The position numbers were made by a program, and so were the translations under genes. The notes beneath the pieces are model-generated. The model was not told where the DNA came from and did no database searches. It saw only the letters and a program-made list of their open reading frames with translations. Below are positions 63,157-64,000 of a stretch of 64,000 nt of DNA, one piece after another. Origin of the DNA: Pyrinomonadaceae bacterium (GTDB lineage: Bacteria > Acidobacteriota > Blastocatellia > Pyrinomonadales > Pyrinomonadaceae). Each line of letters starts with the position of its first letter. Positions within the stretch are counted from its first letter, which is position 1. The stretch covers positions 14,109-78,108 of the forward strand of contig JBASRE010000013.1 in the NCBI GenBank assembly GCA_049273695.1. The letters are read 5' to 3'.

Positions 63157-63843
63157 ATGACCAGCCTCGACTTCCTTTCACAACTGATCGAGCAGTATGG
63201 CCTCTACGCGGTGTTCTTCCTCGTAATGATCGAGGGCGACATAACGTTGCTGATGGCCGGCGTGCTCGCGCACAGCGCTTTCTTCGGCGACTCGGCGACG
63301 GCCAGCTTCGCGCGCGTGCTGGTGTGGGGAACTCTCGGCGGTGTCGCGAGCGACAATCTCGCGTATCTCGCGGGGCGCGCGTTCGGAAAGACGGTTCGCA
63401 ACTTTCGTTTTTATCGCAGTTCGAAAGAGAGAATGCAGCGGCTCACGGATCGTTTCGGCACGCTCTCGATTTTTCTGTCGAAGTACATCTACGGATTGCG
63501 TTGGGCGTCATGCACATTCTATGGCGTCGCGCACATGCCTTACGTGCGGTTCCTGCTGTTGTCGCTCGCGAGCTGCTTCGTTTGGGTGCTGATTCTCAGC
63601 GGCATCGGGTTTTTCTTCAGCACCGCCGTCATGGGACTGCTCGGCGATTTCCGAAGACTGGGCAAAGCGCTGCTCGTGATTGTCATCGTCGGCATCCTCG
63701 GATTCTATTTGGTCAAGCGCGTTTGGCTCTCGAAGAAGGTTGAAGAAGCCGAGCCGGAGAAGCTACACGAGATCGAACATGCCGCGATCGAAGGCTTGAA
63801 GGATTTGAAGGACGAAATTCGCGAGAAGATTCACCTGAAATAA
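63157..63843 (+). CDS. DedA/VTT-domain membrane protein
   Basis: YGLYAVFFLVMIEGDITLLMAGVLA plus the downstream SKYIYGLR motif, typical of the DedA family. Confidence 0.8.
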   Translation: MTSLDFLSQLIEQYGLYAVFFLVMIEGDITLLMAGVLAHSAFFGDSATASFARVLVWGTLGGVASDNLAYLAGRAFGKTVRNFRFYRSSKERMQRLTDRFGTLSIFLSKYIYGLRWASCTFYGVAHMPYVRFLLLSLASCFVWVLILSGIGFFFSTAVMGLLGDFRRLGKALLVIVIVGILGFYLVKRVWLSKKVEEAEPEKLHEIEHAAIEGLKDLKDEIREKIHLK

Positions 63844-63850
63844 AACCGAG

Positions 63851-63935
63851 CTTTGTACTTTGTACTTTGATCTTTGGCTGCGCTTGGTACCTAAATTAGG
63901 CGAAGACAAAGAACAAAGATCAAAGTACCAAGTAC
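63851..63935. repeat. tandem-heptamer hairpin (CTTTGTA/ACAAAGA units)
   Basis: CTTTGTA CTTTGTA CTTTGAT CTTTGG ... GACAAAG AACAAAG ATCAAAG TACCAAG. It fills the spacer between dedA and the next gene. Confidence 0.75.
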
Positions 63936-63944
63936 TAATCATTC

Positions 63945-64000
63945 ATGATCATTCAATCATCAGCCCCAACCCGCGTTGATCTGGCGGGGGGCACCATCGA
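63945..64000 (+). CDS. GHMP-kinase-like protein, N-terminal fragment (continues beyond the window)
   Basis: MIIQSSAPTRVDLAGGTI resembles the N-terminal P-x-R-(I/V)-x-(F/L)-x-GGGTD motif of HddA/fucokinase-type GHMP kinases. Only 18 codons are visible. Confidence 0.35.
   Translation, partial: MIIQSSAPTRVDLAGGTI

Noticed and set aside
1-64000. Search by eye for tRNA, rRNA, tmRNA, transposase, integrase or phage genes
   Set aside because: I recognised no T-arm/anticodon-arm cloverleaf candidates, no rRNA-like conserved stretches, and no DDE or tyrosine-recombinase motifs in any listed ORF. A tRNAscan or Infernal run would be needed to confirm their absence.

Overview
Densely coding chromosomal segment, about 57% GC in hand-counted sample windows. 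I found no rRNA, tRNA, CRISPR array, transposase or integrase. Layout: (i) 1-2.5 kb: a tryptophan 2,3-dioxygenase fragment and a benzoate/aminobenzoate-CoA-ligase-family gene, separated by a RelE/ParE toxin-antitoxin pair. (ii) 2.9-5.4 kb: a PEP-CTERM protein and a secreted Cys-rich/Ca-binding operon bracketed by two copies of one terminator hairpin. (iii) 5.8-11.4 kb: a co-directional signalling cluster of an HD-GYP/GAF/GGDEF enzyme, a REC-GAF-PAS histidine kinase and a sigma-54 NtrC-type regulator. (iv) 11.9-27.8 kb: a mostly housekeeping block with MFS, LOG-like, SDR, purE, icd, mutS2, a hydrolase, a DUF433/DUF5615 TA-like module, dnaG, rpoD and a radical SAM gene. (v) 27.7-48.6 kb: an accessory-looking block rich in secreted hydrolases. 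These are a ~1800-aa M6/InhA-like protease with Calx-beta and DUF4214 domains, S41, S33, an S8 with a hexapeptide-repeat tail, a C14 caspase-like protein, a tandem retropepsin-like protease and an esterase. The block also holds small detox-type genes and a ~1.4 kb low-GC three-gene islet. (vi) 48.9-64 kb: aroB, tandem secreted paralogues, a Tes/GDGT-MAS-like radical SAM enzyme, a GerMN protein, lpxD, an SLT-like protein, a cytochrome c, a ROK kinase, Usp and DedA. The most unusual layer is non-coding. There are at least five families of structured repeats: REPIN-like nested palindromes, MITE-like elements with covarying terminal hairpins, triple-hairpin modules, a duplicated terminator, and hairpins whose arms are tandem 7-8-mers. 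One hairpin module also sits in-frame inside mutS2. Three genes appear frameshifted, which indicates either pseudogenes or assembly indels. The best candidates for an undescribed system are the low-GC islet (45.5-46.8 kb) and the Tes-like radical SAM neighbourhood (51.7-56.6 kb); both are hypotheses. An Acidobacteriota-like origin is inferred from gene content only.
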